Part shown: positions 61,141 to 64,000 of the stretch, one piece after another
Layout: the number at the start of each line of letters is the position of its first letter
How positions within the stretch are numbered: position 1 is the first letter of the stretch
NCBI RefSeq assembly: GCF_036321535.1
Contig: NC_087437.1
Span: forward strand, 91,266,001-91,330,000
Direction: 5' to 3'
Source: Camelus dromedarius
Lineage: Eukaryota
Length of the DNA stretch: 64,000 nucleotides
The notes under the pieces: generated by a model
The model's input: only the letters and a program-made list of their open reading frames with translations
What the model was told of the DNA's origin: nothing
The model's database searches: none
Position numbers and translations under genes: made by a program

Positions 61141-63199
61141 ATTTTAGCTTTACTCAAATATTCCTTGCTGAATTGATGGAGGCCCTTGACTCTGTCCCTC
61201 ATAATATCCATGCTTATGTTTATCTTGGAATAGTTAACTCCAGGGTTACCTCACATGAGCTCAGCAGCTATAGGATACCTTTTGGAAAAACACTCACTCA
61301 TCTATTCAGGGATGAAATTTTTCACAAATGGACTCTGAAACAGTCTCCTTTACATTGTTTAAATAGCTTTTATAGTCTTGTAAACAGCAAAAAGAGCTCT
61401 AGATTTCTATAGATTATAAAACAATCTAGACCTAGGAGATAGCTTTTGGTAAGCTGATTTTCATTATCACAGACTGTTTTTTATAATATCTGAGTTATAG
61501 TCTTTCAGGCAGGGTATATACAACCTGATGATATCAAGCAAATCTTACTCATATCTGTTTTTACCTTGTGTCTGTTTTATGATGTACAGAATGTAACAAT
61601 TAAATAATACCTGGATATAATATATTAATAAATAATCATAGTTACCTAATGGGACTATGGTTTCAAAAGCTTTTTCTGATTGAGGTGTATCATTACAAAC
61701 AGTTGAAATGCCACTTTGCTGAAAGTTTATTTGTTTCAAAGCTATTGTGCTTATTTATTCACACTTCAGCTTATTTTAAAATTTTATGGAATGTCATAAA
61801 AATTTGTCAAAAATTGATTTGTCATAAATAGTTTTTCTTAGTTGTATAAAGTTCTTAAATAGTTAATGTCTTTAAAGACTGAATGGTATTATTAAAATTC
61901 ATATTTTCTCATCAACTAATATCTAATTATTATTATTATGACTTACATCCCAAAGTAATTTTCACATTATGAAATAAATTCTCTGTACTTTTCTTTTAAA
62001 ACTTCTTTAAGTGATGTTTAGATCTGTGAAACTATACATTTCCACACAGCAGGACAAAGCTCATCTTTCTCCATGATTTCCTTCACTATAATTAAAATAA
62101 TTACTGCTCCGGGTTTTGTTTTCCTTTGTTTTTGTAACTGACATCAGTGCAAACCATAAGATTTAAGTAACTCCTATAATATGCTCACAAGCCTCAAAAT
62201 TTTCAAGATTTATCATTTCAAAGAAGTTAAGGTCATGAACCATTGACATTTGATTCAGATATAAAGAGACCTATGTACTATTTGAAAGTCTATTTCAGGT
62301 TTATCGATGTGAAATTTTCTGTATACTGCAACCATTTGGTTTCATCAGGGAAAGCCTTGCATTCACCAAGAAAAATATTTTTTGGTAGCTTGATTCTTTT
62401 AAAAGACTAACATCTATAAGGGCAACACAGAATAGTGACAAAAACTCAGGACAATAAAAAGAGATGATTGTTTTATTCTTTTTTTCTTCACTTCTTGTTT
62501 TACTTTGAACACATCATTCAAATATAATAAAGCTCTACTGATTTTTCTAAAAAATGCAGAACATACAATTTTTCAAAATTTCCTGTACAGGAAGTGATAT
62601 ATAAATCATATATTAATATATGTAGTATATTTATTATTTCCACTAATCAGTCCCCTTGACCTCAAACCATCCCCTTCAGAAAACTTTTTGGACTAGTATT
62701 TGAAAATTAGAGGAGTGATAAAAGCACATCATTTTATTCAATGATAGTAATATGTGAATTTCTGAAATTTTGACTTTTTTCTTTAGTTTTCTATATTTAA
62801 ATGCATGAATAAGTATACAGTTTGCTAAAGTTATTTTGAAGTGGAGACAGAAATTGATGTGTGGGTTGTAAGTTTATCTACAGGTTAAATATTTTAGGTA
62901 TATCTGCCTTTGGTCAATCATAGATACTCTGCAATTGGTAATGCCTCCTGAGGTGTCCAAAGTAGGCAAGTGAAATAAAATGCTACAGGGAACTGTAATA
63001 ATCTCTGCTCAGGAGGGTTCTCTTTGTTTTCAGGGGTAGGCAAGGTTTATGATTCTGTCAATGGAAATTTATTATGTAGTTAATAAGGATAAATAAGCAA
63101 TTTATCAAATTGGTGGAATTTATTTTACCATTAAGGCCAATTTTCAGTAGTCTCAAGTCTGAATTGTTTTTAAATTCAGGAAACGTCTTTTGTCACCTC

Positions 63200-63345
63200 A
63201 CAGATGTGTATTTATATCATTTCACTTGACTGTTGTGTGCTTCTCTGCATTCCTAACTACCCAACTGGAGCATGAGCTCACTGAGGGCAAGTCTTAATTT
63301 TTCACACTTATAAGGATCTTGACAAATATTTAGAACTCAGAAAAT
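63200..63345 (+). mobile_element. L2 3' end
   Basis: aactggagcatgagctcactgagggcaag. Confidence 0.55.
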
Positions 63346-63389
63346 AGGAAAAGAAATAGGAAAGAAATTAAAGAAATAGGAAAGAAGAT

Positions 63390-63760
63390 AATAAATTTCG
63401 GATGACCTAGTAAAAGTCCCTGAAGATTCTTATGGAACAAAGAGAACAAGTTTTCATGGATGGAAAGAGAGCAGACTTTTTAGAAATGGATTGTTAACAC
63501 TGTCGAATTCTGCAGTCTAAGTACAGTGATAAAATAGCTATCAAATTTGGCAATTTGGAGATCATTGTTAACCTTTTAGAAAACAATTTCATCAGGAATG
63601 GGTTTTAAAGTAAAAGAACAATGGCTTGAGAAGAACTGAAAAGGCAGAAGGGAAGCAGCAATTGCGGATGCTTTTTTTTAATTTTATTTTGCAGAGTTAC
63701 AGGTGAAGAGAGGTTAAAAAATAGAGTCAGAGTGGAGGAAATAAAGCAATAATAGTGGGA
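63390..63760 (-). mobile_element. L2 fragment
   Basis: atttggcaatttggagatcattgttaacctt..agaaaacaatttca. Confidence 0.6.
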
Positions 63761-64000
63761 GTCTGGGGACACAAGGCCAGCAGAGAAAGGTACTTAGTAG
63801 TGTATTTAAGAATACAATCTGCTTTAGATGGAGCCTGCCTATAGTTGATATTAATGTCCAATGAATTGTGTTCTGTGATTATATGAGTGTTTTTCACTTA
63901 CATTTTCTCAGAGGTCCTAACATTTCCACCAATTCCCTAAAGGCTAATTGTTCTTTCTTTTCTTCCCTATAAGTCTTCTCTATGGCTTGCACATTATTAT

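Noticed and set aside
63339..63386. aaagaaatagg tandem repeat
   Set aside because: Ordinary low-complexity expansion at an L2 tail
1..64000. Prokaryote-type systems (CRISPR arrays, operons, defence islands, intact transposases or RT genes)
   Set aside because: Sequence is mammalian; no regularly spaced repeat-spacer array and no long ORFs were seen

Overview
AT-rich, CpG-poor mammalian genomic DNA, very probably camelid (alpaca/llama/camel): it carries a tRNA-derived Vic-1-type SINE with target-site duplication (TSD) at about 34.1 kb, plus young artiodactyl-type L1 3' ends. A large part of the window is recognisable interspersed repeats (L1, L2, MIR, CR1/L3, MaLR/ERVL/ERV1 LTR elements, hAT and Tc/mariner MITEs); the rest is unique intronic or intergenic-looking sequence. 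I could not identify any intact protein-coding gene, structural RNA gene or prokaryote-type system (CRISPR, operon). The ORFs with recognisable homology are decayed transposon proteins (ERV-L dUTPase/pol end, L1 ORF2 endonuclease); the rest look like chance or antisense-to-repeat ORFs. I found no convincing novel biological system. The best leads are: (i) a 62-bp segment copied between positions 11 kb apart and fused to an L1 tail inside an older L1; (ii) several weak candidate exons (minus-strand terminal exon at about 29.1 kb, micro-exon at 42.98 kb, plus-strand 141-nt open exon at 47.5 kb); (iii) compact regulatory-looking motifs (overlapping AARE+UPRE, G-quadruplex/GC boxes, inverted POU and RUNX pairs). 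Repeat subfamily names come from recalled consensus sequences, and boundaries of old repeats are approximate (about +/-20-50 bp).
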